41,422 nt of DNA from Holophagae bacterium (GTDB lineage: Bacteria; Acidobacteriota; Thermoanaerobaculia; Thermoanaerobaculales; Sulfomarinibacteraceae), in NCBI GenBank assembly GCA_030618605.1, contig JAUXDC010000001.1:1-41422 (forward strand), given 5' to 3'. The position numbers and the translations under genes were made by a program. The notes under the pieces were generated by a model. The model was not told the origin of the DNA and made no database searches. It saw only the letters and a program-made list of their open reading frames with translations. This document shows, piece after piece, positions 16,388 to 25,759 of the stretch (position 1 is the stretch's first letter; each line of letters opens with the position of its first letter).

Positions 16388-19195
16388 CTAGAGTTCCCGG
16401 TCGATTTCGACCATCTTGTAGGCCTCGATGATGTCGCCTTCCTTGATGTCGTTGTACCTCTCGAGACCGATACCGCACTCAAAGCCCTGCCGAACCTCGG
16501 ATGCATCGTCCTTGAAACGCCTCAGGGAACCGATCGAGCCCTCATGGATGACGATGTTGTCGCGCAAGAGGCGAATTTTTGCGTCTCGGCGAATCAGACC
16601 TTCGAGGACGTGAGAGCCTGCGATGGAGCCGACCTTCGGGACCTTGAAGACCTCCCGCACCTCGGCTCGACCCAGTTCCTCTTCCTTGAATTCCGGATCG
16701 AGCAGGCCGACCATCGCCTTCTTGATGTCGTCGATCAGGTTGTAGATGACGGTATAGAGCCTGATATCAACCTTTTCTGTCTCGGCCAGGTTCTTGGCGG
16801 TTCTCTCCGGACGCACGTTGAAACCGATGATGATCGCGTTGGATGCCGTTGCCAGCATGACGTCGTTGGTCGTGACAGCACCCACTGATCCGTGAAGCAC
16901 GTTGATGGTGACCTCGTCGGTACCCAGACCAGCCATCGCCTCTCGGAGTACTTCGACCGAGCCCTGCACGTCGGCCTTGATGACGACGTTGAGTTCTTTC
17001 TGGTCTCCGGCCGAAATGTGGTCGAAGAGGTTCTCCAGTGAGACCTTCCGATGTGAGGCAAAGCTCTCTTCCCGTTCCTTCAGCTTTCGGAAGGAGGCAA
17101 CTTCGAGTGCCTTCTCTTCGCTTTCGACCCCTTGGAGGACATCGCCGGCATTGGGCACACCGTCGAAACCCATGACTTCGACGGGATCCGACGGTCCGGC
17201 CATATCTACACGTTGTCCGTTTTCGTCGGCGAGTGCCCGGACCCGGCCCCAGGTCGAGCCGCAGAAGAAGGAGTCACCGATCTCGAGGGTTCCGTGCTGG
17301 ATCACCACCGTGGCCACGATGCCTCGGCCCTTTTCTTTGCGGGCCTCAAGGATGATGCCTCGAGCGTCACCCTCTGCGGTCGCCTTGAGCTCTTTCAGTT
17401 CAGCAACCAGCAGGATCATATCCAGAAGCTCGGGGATTCCCTCTTGGGTCTTGGCCGACACGGGAACGCAGGGAACATCTCCACCCCAGTCCTCGACCAG
17501 GACCTCGACTTCGGACAGCTGTGTCTTCACTTTGTCCGGTGAGGCATTGTTCTTGTCGATCTTGTTCATCGCCACGATGAGAGGCACGTTGGCCGCCCGG
17601 GCGTGATTGATTGCTTCTTTGGTCTGAGGCATTACGCCGTCGTCTGCAGCCACAACCAAAATGACGATATCGGTGACCTGGGCGCCACGGGCACGCATCT
17701 GTGTGAAGGCCTCGTGGCCGGGTGTGTCGATGAAGACAACGACCCGGCCGTCCTCTGCCTGAATCTTCGACGCGCCGACGTGCTGGGTGATACCGCCGGC
17801 TTCGGATTCGGCGACACGACTGGAGCGCAGGGCATCCAGCAAAGAGGTCTTTCCGTGGTCTACGTGACCCATGACGGTGACAACCGGCGGCCTGGCCTCC
17901 AGGGGGCCCGTGGTCTCGACGGCTTCTTCACGCTGGAAATCCACCAGTTCTTCGGCAGTTGCGACCATCGCATCCACTTCGAGTTCTGTGCAAATTTCTT
18001 CGGCCAGTTCGTGGGGGAGGGCCTGATTGGTCGTAACCATCATGCCCCGCTGGATCAGCATGGCGAGGAGGTCCTTGGCCGTGACGTTGAGTTTCTCGGC
18101 CAATTCCCTGACGGTAACCATTTCCGAAAGAATGACCGGTCCTTCGGGCTTCACGCCGTCCCGGAACTCGACCGTGCGGGTCGGACGGGGCACCGGCGCC
18201 GTTCTGCGAGTCGCTTCCTGCTTCTGCTGGCGCTTCCGGGCCTTCTTGCTCAATCGCTGGCCGGCACCTGGGGGGCGTTGTCCGGGGCGTTGTCCGGGCC
18301 TTGAGGGGGCTGTGGTCGCTCCGTCGGCCGGAGCCTTGACCTTCTGCTCCTCGAACTTGTTGAGCAGGTCGCGAATCTCCTTGGCATCCGCGGCCGCCTT
18401 GGCCTTCCGGCTGCTTCCCGGGCGGGTCTTGCCTGCGGCACGTTCTGCTTTTCGGCGTTTTTCGGCTTCCTTTTGGGCCTGGAGACGCTGCCTGATCTCG
18501 TCAGGAGACAATTCTCGGAGGGTCTTTTCGAGTGGTGTCCTGGCCCTGGCCGGTTGGATCCGCTTGGCCTTGGTCTCGTCGGTTTGAGGCCGTTCTGCGG
18601 TGAATTCTTCTTCGGATAGGGAGGGCTCGGGTTTTACAGCCGCAACCTCGCCTGCCTGCGGCACAGTCGCGGACGTTTCAGGCTCATCCGTCGCCGGCGC
18701 TGCCTCGACCTCGGCCGGAGTCTCAGATTCATCAGCGGCTGGGGCCTCGTCTGCAGGTTCGGTTTCAACTTCGGTCGTTTTGACGTCAGCCTCTGGGGCC
18801 ACTTCCACGGCAGCAACGGCTTCTTCTGTTGTCTCAACCTCTGCAGCCGGTTTGACTGCGGCCTTGGCATCACCCTTTTCCTTCTCAGGCTCCTTCTCGG
18901 TGATGACCTCACGGATCTCATGATCCGTCTCAACGACCTGACGTTTGCGTCGACGAGCCAGCCGCTCGTGGGCAGAGGCAGTGGCTGTTTCTTCGGTTAT
19001 TTTTTCCCGGCGCTGGATCACTTCACGCGGGCGCCGGGCCAGCGTTTCGCCGGTGATGATGGCTCGGACGGTCGCGAGGTCAAGAACGTCCTCTTCGGAA
19101 CTGACGGTCACGCCGATTGACCTGAGTTTAAAAATCAGCTCTCTCGGTGTGACACCCATCGTTTTGGCAAGGTCGACGACTCGCAGCTGCTCCAT
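16388..19195 (-). CDS. infB: Translation initiation factor IF-2
   Basis: G domain [28 protein letters not shown]. 935 aa with an acidic, low-complexity N-terminal region. Confidence 0.97.
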   Translation of the reverse strand: MEQLRVVDLAKTMGVTPRELIFKLRSIGVTVSSEEDVLDLATVRAIITGETLARRPREVIQRREKITEETATASAHERLARRRKRQVVETDHEIREVITEKEPEKEKGDAKAAVKPAAEVETTEEAVAAVEVAPEADVKTTEVETEPADEAPAADESETPAEVEAAPATDEPETSATVPQAGEVAAVKPEPSLSEEEFTAERPQTDETKAKRIQPARARTPLEKTLRELSPDEIRQRLQAQKEAEKRRKAERAAGKTRPGSSRKAKAAADAKEIRDLLNKFEEQKVKAPADGATTAPSRPGQRPGQRPPGAGQRLSKKARKRQQKQEATRRTAPVPRPTRTVEFRDGVKPEGPVILSEMVTVRELAEKLNVTAKDLLAMLIQRGMMVTTNQALPHELAEEICTELEVDAMVATAEELVDFQREEAVETTGPLEARPPVVTVMGHVDHGKTSLLDALRSSRVAESEAGGITQHVGASKIQAEDGRVVVFIDTPGHEAFTQMRARGAQVTDIVILVVAADDGVMPQTKEAINHARAANVPLIVAMNKIDKNNASPDKVKTQLSEVEVLVEDWGGDVPCVPVSAKTQEGIPELLDMILLVAELKELKATAEGDARGIILEARKEKGRGIVATVVIQHGTLEIGDSFFCGSTWGRVRALADENGQRVDMAGPSDPVEVMGFDGVPNAGDVLQGVESEEKALEVASFRKLKEREESFASHRKVSLENLFDHISAGDQKELNVVIKADVQGSVEVLREAMAGLGTDEVTINVLHGSVGAVTTNDVMLATASNAIIIGFNVRPERTAKNLAETEKVDIRLYTVIYNLIDDIKKAMVGLLDPEFKEEELGRAEVREVFKVPKVGSIAGSHVLEGLIRRDAKIRLLRDNIVIHEGSIGSLRRFKDDASEVRQGFECGIGLERYNDIKEGDIIEAYKMVEIDREL

Positions 19196-20643
19196 TATTC
19201 TCCCTCCGCCTCGGCGGCCTCGGCACGAGCTTCATCGACGGCCTGTTGGACCATGTCCTGGAGCCGTTGTGCGGTAACGGGTCCGATCCCCGGGATTGTG
19301 GCCAATTCATCCGGAGTTCGGCTGAGCACATCCTGTGCAGTGTGGATACCGTGGCTCTCCAGTCGTTCTCGCAGCCGTTCGGAGATCATCTCCATCTCTT
19401 CCAGGGGGATCATCAAATCGTAGTCCAGGTCCTCGGCCGCTTCGGGGGCTTCGGCTTCGGCGACGTCATCGAGGCCCTCCATTTCGCGGAGCATCGAAGC
19501 AAGGGCCGACGCAAGTTCATCCTTGACTGCCTCTTCGCTCTTAATCTCAATCCGGCTGTCAAGCAGTCGTGAGGCCAATCGGACGTTCTGCCCTCGGCGA
19601 CCGATGGTCAACGAAAGCTGTTCGGTTCCGACGATGACGTCCAGGACGATCTCCTTGCCCTCCTCGGTCAGGGGCTCTCCCTCTTCGTTGACCACTGGGT
19701 TGCCCTCTTCGTCGAAGACCGGGACCTGAATGGGCTCTTCGCGAACCGCAACGCGGTTGATCTTGGCGGGGGCCAGGGCGTTTTGAGCGAAGGTCACGAG
19801 GTCAGAATTCCACGGAATGATGTCGATCTTTTCGCCCTTGAGCTCTCGTGTGATCGACTGGACTCGCGATCCCTTCAGTCCAACGCATGCGCCGACCGGG
19901 TCGATGTCTCGATCCGTGGAAAAAACCGCGACCTTGGCTCTCTCACCCGGTTCCCGGACACACTCCTTGACGATGACGGTCCCGTCATAGATCTCGGGAA
20001 CTTCCATCTCGAGGAGCTTGATCAACAACTGGGGGTCTGTGCGGGACATGACGACCTGAGGCCTCGCGGCGTCCATTGTTACGTCGACGACGACAGAACG
20101 AATGCGATCACCCGAGCTGTACCGCTCCTGCCGGACCTGATGGCCACGAGGGATGATGCCCTCCGTGTCGCCCAGTTCGACGATCACCGCTCCGCGGTCG
20201 ACCCGTTTGACAATGCCGTTGATCATTTCTCCGACGCGGCCTGAGTAATTTCGAAAGACGACGGAACGCTCGGCTTCCCGAACCCTTTGGAAGAGTACCT
20301 GGCGGGCCGACTGCGCAGCGATGCGCCCCAACTGGTCGGTGTCCAGCGTCTCGATTTTGATCTCGTCTCCCAATTTAGCCTCGGGGATGATCGCCTGAGC
20401 TTCTTCCAGCGTTAATTCGCCGGGTTCGAGGGGCGCTTCTTCGGTCGGTTCGGCCACAATGCGGACCGCCCAACAGAAGACCTCTCCGGTCTCCGGGTCA
20501 ATCTCGGCGTGAACCGCAGGTTGCTTGTAATGTTTTCGTGCCGCAGAGGCAATGGCCTCGGCCACGGCATCGGTCAAGATCTGTGGTTCGATGTCGCGTT
20601 CTGCCGCCATTTGGTTGACGAGGTTCTTGATATCCAGCTTCAT
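19195..20643 (-). CDS. nusA: Transcription termination/antitermination factor NusA
   Basis: MKLDIKNLVNQMAAERDIE..., with S1 and KH regions and a C-terminal HhH (IPGIGPVTAQRL). Start at ATG 20643 forms an ATGA overlap with the rimP stop. The nusA stop shares 1 nt with the infB ATG. Confidence 0.95.
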   Translation of the reverse strand: MKLDIKNLVNQMAAERDIEPQILTDAVAEAIASAARKHYKQPAVHAEIDPETGEVFCWAVRIVAEPTEEAPLEPGELTLEEAQAIIPEAKLGDEIKIETLDTDQLGRIAAQSARQVLFQRVREAERSVVFRNYSGRVGEMINGIVKRVDRGAVIVELGDTEGIIPRGHQVRQERYSSGDRIRSVVVDVTMDAARPQVVMSRTDPQLLIKLLEMEVPEIYDGTVIVKECVREPGERAKVAVFSTDRDIDPVGACVGLKGSRVQSITRELKGEKIDIIPWNSDLVTFAQNALAPAKINRVAVREEPIQVPVFDEEGNPVVNEEGEPLTEEGKEIVLDVIVGTEQLSLTIGRRGQNVRLASRLLDSRIEIKSEEAVKDELASALASMLREMEGLDDVAEAEAPEAAEDLDYDLMIPLEEMEMISERLRERLESHGIHTAQDVLSRTPDELATIPGIGPVTAQRLQDMVQQAVDEARAEAAEAEGE

Positions 20644-21128
20644 CGATCGTTCTTCCTTTTCTTCAGCATCTGATCCCAATCGATCTCGAGGCGGGCCTCG
20701 AAGACTTCGTCGAAGGGGAGCTCAACACGATCGCCTGCATCGGTGTTGATGCTGACGACTCCATCCTCGAAAGCCAATAACTCTCCGGCCACCGTGCGGT
20801 GTTGCCGGAAGGAAGGTGCCATTCGGACGTTGATCCGGTGTCCGGAAAAACGTTTAAAGTCCTCTTCAGAGTACAATTTGCGATCCATTCCCGGGGAGGA
20901 GACTTCCAAGGTGTATCCGTGGGACAAAGGGTCCTCGACGTCGAGCAGGGCCGATGCCTGGCGGGAAATCGTTGCACACTGATCAAGGGTGACGCCGTCG
21001 GGGCCATCCACTACCAGACGAAGAATGGACTGAGGGCCTGACCCCATCATTTCGGTGGAGACAAGGCCCAGCCCCTCGCTTGCGGCGAGGCTCCGCAATT
21101 GTTCGGTGATGGCAGCGTTTAACGACAT
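20640..21128 (-). CDS. rimP: Ribosome maturation factor RimP
   Basis: 162 aa, LVSTEMMGSGPQSILRLVVDGPDGVTLDQCATISRQASALLD...YTLEVSSPGMDRKL. Conserved position upstream of nusA. Confidence 0.9.
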   Translation of the reverse strand: MSLNAAITEQLRSLAASEGLGLVSTEMMGSGPQSILRLVVDGPDGVTLDQCATISRQASALLDVEDPLSHGYTLEVSSPGMDRKLYSEEDFKRFSGHRINVRMAPSFRQHRTVAGELLAFEDGVVSINTDAGDRVELPFDEVFEARLEIDWDQMLKKRKNDR

Positions 21129-21152
21129 CTTCTTGAATCAAAAGCCTTTCTT

Positions 21153-21198
21153 CTTTCGTAAAAAAAAGTGGGCCGAGGGCCCACCTTCCTTACGAAAG
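21153..21198 (-). terminator. Intrinsic-terminator-like hairpin in the rimP-nusA leader (candidate attenuator)
   Basis: Minus-strand RNA reads CUUUCGUAA-GGAAG-GUGGGCC-CUC-GGCCCAC-UUUUUUUUACGAAAG. The U8 tract ends about 32 nt before the rimP AUG. Confidence 0.5.
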
Positions 21199-21209
21199 CA
21201 GGCGAGAAG

Positions 21210-21237
21210 GTATAACACAATGCCGGCCCAACGGCAA
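21210..21237 (-). promoter_or_regulatory. Candidate promoter of the rimP-nusA-infB operon
   Basis: Minus strand reads TTGCCG, 16 nt, TTATAC. The predicted start site lies immediately upstream of the leader hairpin. Confidence 0.35.
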
Positions 21238-21305
21238 CTGGAAAGGTGGCAATAGAACGGGCTCTGGGGGCTGCATATTTCTACATTCGCGCATATGATG
21301 GAATC

Positions 21306-22586
21306 ATGATAGCTGTGATTCAGGTCCTTGCTGCATCGTGGGCTCTCCTTGGGGAGATGGCGCCCTATCTCCTGTTTGGGTTCTTGGTCGCCGGGTTGTT
21401 GTCGGTCTTCGTCTCGCCGGAGTGGGTGGAACAGCATCTGGGCCGCAAGGGATTTGCCCAGGTTGCCAAGGCCAGTTTGTTTGGGGTTCCCTTGCCCTTG
21501 TGTTCATGCGGGGTCCTGCCTGTGGCGGCTTCCTTGAGGAGGCACGGCGCCGGAAAAGGGGCGACGACTGCGTTTCTACTCTCAACGCCCCAGACCGGAG
21601 TCGACAGCATCGCCGTTACATGGGCTTTGCTTGGCCCCGTTGTCGCGTTCATTCGACCGCTTGCGGCCTTCATTACCGGCATCGCCGGCGGTATGGTTGT
21701 TCAGGCTGTTGAACCGGACGAAGATCCGCAGACTCTGCCGGAAAAGGATGGAGGATGTGCGGATTCGTGTTGTTCTTCAGAGAGGGAAGAACACGCACTG
21801 TTTAAGGCTCTGCGCTACGGGTTCGTGACCCTGCCTCGGGATATTGGCAGGGCTCTTTTTGTCGGGCTGGTTCTCTCCGGGATCATCGCCGCTTTTCTCA
21901 ATCCTGATCATGTGAAGGTCGTCTTTGGAGGCGGGGTTCTGCCTTATCTGGTGGCGATGGCCGTGGGAATCCCGTTGTACGTCTGTGCGACTGCCTCAAC
22001 GCCGATCGCGGCCAGCCTGATCGGTGCCGGCCTGTCTCCCGGTGCAGCCTTGGTGTTTTTGATCTCAGGTCCGGCCACCAATGTCGCTTCGGTGACGACG
22101 TTGCTGAAAGTCCTCGGGAGGAAAACGGTGGCTGTGTACCTTGCCACGGTAGTCGTCGGGTCGTTGGCTACAGGCCTGGTGGTCGATTTCTTTTTTGGGA
22201 GGTGGGTGTTGACGGGTATGCCTGCCTCAGCGATCGAGGCGGTGCACCGTCATGCCGACGGCACGGTGGCAACGGGTTGGGGATTCAAGGAAATCAGTGC
22301 AGTAGTGCTGTTGGCCGTTCTTGTGGGGGCAATGTGGCCTCGCCGTTCCCGGGCTGTAGAAGAGAACTCGGGTGCCGAAAGCCTTGAGGAACGGTTGAGG
22401 TTGTCGGTCGGTGGGATGCGTTGTAATGGCTGCGTGACGAGCATCGGGCGTGCCTTGCGTGAAGTTGAGGGGGTCCGGGACGTCACGGTCGATCTTGCGG
22501 CGGCGAAGGCGATCGTGATCGGGATTGGGCTTGACTCCGAGGCCTTGTGCGCTGAGGTCAGGGCATTGGGGTTTGATTGCGAGTGA
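21306..22586 (+). CDS. DUF318/ArsP-type metal permease fused to a C-terminal HMA domain
   Basis: Permease motif GVPLPLCSCGVLPVAASL and many TM segments. C-terminal LSVGGMRCNGCVTSIGRALREVEGV is HMA-like. Start is uncertain: ATG 21306 or the track's GTG 21246. Confidence 0.75.
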   Translation: MIAVIQVLAASWALLGEMAPYLLFGFLVAGLLSVFVSPEWVEQHLGRKGFAQVAKASLFGVPLPLCSCGVLPVAASLRRHGAGKGATTAFLLSTPQTGVDSIAVTWALLGPVVAFIRPLAAFITGIAGGMVVQAVEPDEDPQTLPEKDGGCADSCCSSEREEHALFKALRYGFVTLPRDIGRALFVGLVLSGIIAAFLNPDHVKVVFGGGVLPYLVAMAVGIPLYVCATASTPIAASLIGAGLSPGAALVFLISGPATNVASVTTLLKVLGRKTVAVYLATVVVGSLATGLVVDFFFGRWVLTGMPASAIEAVHRHADGTVATGWGFKEISAVVLLAVLVGAMWPRRSRAVEENSGAESLEERLRLSVGGMRCNGCVTSIGRALREVEGVRDVTVDLAAAKAIVIGIGLDSEALCAEVRALGFDCE

Positions 22587-22599
22587 TATTCTACTGACG

Positions 22600-22992
22600 A
22601 TGGACACGCCGAAAGAACTCCGCAGGATTGTCGTTGTCGATGATTCCATGCTGCAGTGTGTTTTGTGGCGGCGAATGCTGGAGAGCCGTTACCCGGATCA
22701 GGTGGCGGTGGAAACATTCACGGATCCCGTTGAAGCCGTCGGCGTTCTCGGCCCCGACATTCACCTGATGTTGCTGGACTGGGAGATGCCGGTGATGGAC
22801 GGTATGGAGGTCTTTGAGGCGGCGGTCGAAGCCGGCGTCAACCCCAAGCGCATCATCATCTCCTCGTCTCACCCTGCCCAACGCCTGCACGAGGCCTTCG
22901 ACCGAACTGCCTGTCTTGCCGTGATCGAAAAGGTCGAACCCCAACAGCAGGCGGCCTTCATGATGATCCTCGACAGCATCATGAAACGCTAA
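22600..22992 (+). CDS. Single-domain response regulator (receiver only)
   Basis: RIVVVDDSMLQ..., acceptor context LMLLDWEMPVMDG, and no output domain. Start taken at ATG 22600 (MDTPKELRRIVVVDD). Confidence 0.8.
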   Translation: MDTPKELRRIVVVDDSMLQCVLWRRMLESRYPDQVAVETFTDPVEAVGVLGPDIHLMLLDWEMPVMDGMEVFEAAVEAGVNPKRIIISSSHPAQRLHEAFDRTACLAVIEKVEPQQQAAFMMILDSIMKR

Positions 22993-23093
22993 AAGCGGAC
23001 CCAAACCGCTCCCGTTGGTGGTGGCAGAAATTTGGATGTGGTCTCGTCCGCGATTTGCGTCCGCTTTGAGCAATTGACGGGCACGCCTTGCCG

Positions 23094-25172
23094 TTACTTC
23101 CCCGTCTTCATCCAGAGGTAGGTCATCTCCAGGGCGGTCATCCGGGCCTTCTGGCCGTGGTCGGCGGCGGCAGCATGACCACCTTCGGTGTTCTCGTAGT
23201 AGAGCACTGGGTGGCCCAGTGATTGCAGGAGAGCGACCATCTTCCGTGCATGTCCTGGGTGGACGCGATCATCCCTGGTCGAGGTAATGAACAGGGCCTC
23301 GGGGTAGTCGGCGCCCTTGACAACGTTGTGGTAGGGCGACCATTTCTGGATGAAGGCCCACTCCTCCGGAATATCCGGGTTACCGTACTCGGCCATCCAG
23401 CTGGCGCCGGCCAGGAGCTTGTTGTAGCGCTGCATGTCCAGCAGAGGGACCTGGCATACGACGGCATCGAAAAGTTCCGGGCGTTGCGTCATGACCGCTC
23501 CGACCAGGAGTCCTCCGTTCGAACCGCCCATGATTCCCAGGTGCTCAGGCGAGGTGATTTTGCGTCGGCTGAGGTCCTCCGCCACGGAGATGAAATCCTC
23601 GAAACTCTTGTTGCGATTGCTCTTGAGGGCTGCCTGGTGCCAGGCGGGCCCGAACTCACCGCCGCCTCGGATGGTGGCCAGGGCGACGACGCCGCCCCGC
23701 TCGAGCCAGGCAGTGCCCCATGTGGCCGAGTAGAAGGGCTTCAGGGAGATCTCAAAGCCGCCGTAGCCGTAGAGCAGGGTAGGGTTCTTGCCGTTGGGGG
23801 TGTAGCCCTTGGGGGTCACGAGGAAGTAGGGGATCAGGGTACCGTCCAACGACTTCGTTTCGTGCTGGGAAACAGTCATACCCTCGGTGTCGAAGAAGGC
23901 CGGCGTCGACTTGAGTTTTTCGGGTTTCTCATCGCCTTCGATGAGCCAAAGGCTGGAAGGCGTCAGAAAATCTTGATACGAAAAGAGGTAGAGGTCCTGA
24001 TCCTTGGATGTCGCCGCGAAGGAGGCTTGGCCGAGGCCGGGCAGGGGCACCTGCTTTCGGTCCCACCCCTCGTCGGTCGGATGCAATTCGTACAGCCGGC
24101 CCCGGACGTTATCCAGGGTGGTCATCAGCAGGCGATCCCGGGTCCAGGCGACCCCGCCCAAAGAGACCTTGGCCGATGGCTCGAACAGCACATCAAAGGA
24201 CCGGCGCCCTTCGAGGAAGGCGTCCAGGTCGATGGCCAAAAGGGCGTCTTGGGGATAGGTTGTACCGCCGATGGTCCAGTCCGACCGAAGAGCGATCATC
24301 AGCTGATCTTTGAAAAACCCATGGAATTGCACGTCGTCCGGTAGATCCAACTTGATAAGCCGGTCGCCCAGTCTCAAGAAGTACTCGCCGCGGAAGAAGG
24401 CCGGTGTCCGGGAGATGATGTCGTACCGACCCTCAGGCGTGTGCCTGCTGTGGGCGGAAACTGAAACGTCCTCTGCCTTACCTTCAAACACGGTGACCGC
24501 ATCTTCGAGGGGTGTGGCTCGAGTCCATAGTTTGACGATGCGCGGATAGCCGGAGTCGGTCAGGGATCCCTCGCCAAAGTTGGTTCCAACCCACAGGTGG
24601 TCACTATCCTGCCAGTAAACGTTGCTCTTGGCTTCGGGCAGAGAGAAACCGTCGGTGACGAAGGCCTTGGCAACGGTGTCAAACTCGCGGTAGACCACTG
24701 CGTCACCGCCACCGCGCGACAGGGCCACCATGCAGTGCCTGTATTCGGGTCCGAGGCAGGAAGGCCCCTTCCAAACCCAGCTTTCGTCCTCGATTTCCAC
24801 CAATGCGTCAATGTCGAGCACGGTCTCCCACTCTGGTTCGGCTTGGCGGTATTGTTCGAGAGAAGTCCGTCTCCAGATGCCGCGGACGTGCTCTTCATCC
24901 TGCCAGAAGTTGTAGAGGTCCGTGCCACGGATACCGACGTATGGGATGCGGTCGGCCGAATCCAGGATTTCCAAGGTTTGTTTTCGAATGGGCTCGAATT
25001 CCGGACGAGCCTCAAGAACCTTTGTGGTTGCGGCACTTTGCTCGGCAACCCAGGCGAGGGCCTTCTCACCTTCGACCTCTTCGAGCCAGAGAAAGGGGTC
25101 ATCACCTGCAAATGTCGGGGTGGTCAAAATGAAGACCATTGCTGAGAGAACAAGAGTAGTGAAAATGCGCAT
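23094..25172 (-). CDS. Prolyl oligopeptidase family (S9A) serine peptidase, exported
   Basis: Signal peptide MRIFTTLVLSAMVFILTTPTFA, long propeller-like region, catalytic Ser motif GGSNGGLLVG, and RDDRVHPGHARK. GGAGGG SD. Confidence 0.9.
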   Translation of the reverse strand: MRIFTTLVLSAMVFILTTPTFAGDDPFLWLEEVEGEKALAWVAEQSAATTKVLEARPEFEPIRKQTLEILDSADRIPYVGIRGTDLYNFWQDEEHVRGIWRRTSLEQYRQAEPEWETVLDIDALVEIEDESWVWKGPSCLGPEYRHCMVALSRGGGDAVVYREFDTVAKAFVTDGFSLPEAKSNVYWQDSDHLWVGTNFGEGSLTDSGYPRIVKLWTRATPLEDAVTVFEGKAEDVSVSAHSRHTPEGRYDIISRTPAFFRGEYFLRLGDRLIKLDLPDDVQFHGFFKDQLMIALRSDWTIGGTTYPQDALLAIDLDAFLEGRRSFDVLFEPSAKVSLGGVAWTRDRLLMTTLDNVRGRLYELHPTDEGWDRKQVPLPGLGQASFAATSKDQDLYLFSYQDFLTPSSLWLIEGDEKPEKLKSTPAFFDTEGMTVSQHETKSLDGTLIPYFLVTPKGYTPNGKNPTLLYGYGGFEISLKPFYSATWGTAWLERGGVVALATIRGGGEFGPAWHQAALKSNRNKSFEDFISVAEDLSRRKITSPEHLGIMGGSNGGLLVGAVMTQRPELFDAVVCQVPLLDMQRYNKLLAGASWMAEYGNPDIPEEWAFIQKWSPYHNVVKGADYPEALFITSTRDDRVHPGHARKMVALLQSLGHPVLYYENTEGGHAAAADHGQKARMTALEMTYLWMKTGK

Positions 25173-25496
25173 CGAAGACCCTCCAGTGGGTTGTGGTACG
25201 CCTGCAGGGGGCCGGGGTTACAGGCGCTCACAGCTTGGAAGGGTAGCAGAGCGTTAGACCTCATCCCCAAGACGCTTCAAAGAGCGAAGCGAAAATGGGG
25301 ATAAGTTGCTCTCAGCTCTCAGCTGCAGCCTCCTCCGCAGCGGCAGCGAAGGACTTGCCTGGAGGTCGGGCTGATCATCTCGAGGAGATTGGAGGACATG
25401 ATGTCGAAGGACTCCTCCGAGAAAATACAGGGGGCGTGGAGGTGGTGGAGTTGATTGCCGTCGAGGACCAGAAGATTCCAGGCTACACTCAGGCTG

Positions 25497-25700
25497 ATGA
25501 CAGGAGACCGAGGCATTGTCGTCGGCTTGAACGCCGTGATCGTTGCTCTGGAAGGTGACCGGCCCAGGGTGCTGACAGTATCGGTGCCCGAGGGAACGCC
25601 TCTCGAGGGAGGAACCGCGGCTCTGGAAAGGGCCGATAGTCCAGGGTCGATCGCTCTTCCTACCGGGCCTTTGGACCCTACCAGCGACCGGACCCTGAAC
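25497..25700 (+). pseudogene. Possible truncated gene fragment (N-terminus resembling some NUDIX-like proteins)
   Basis: MTGDRGIVVGLNAVIVALEGDRPRVLTVSV...SIALPTGPLDPTSDRTLN looks protein-like. The frame then degenerates and runs into the convergent gene at 25760. Competing ORFs overlap it. Confidence 0.25.
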
Positions 25701-25759
25701 ATGCCAACTGATGCCGTTGCGGCCCCTGTTCCTGACGCTGGTTCGGCCTCCCAGCCTCC

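Noticed and set aside
23223-24344. 373-aa plus ORF
   Set aside because: It is antisense to the prolyl oligopeptidase gene.
25319-25702. 127-aa minus ORF as one gene
   Set aside because: Its N-terminal two-thirds are S/R/P/T-rich and overlap a better-looking plus-strand frame. Only the last 26-65 codons show coding-like bias, and those are kept as a low-confidence finding.
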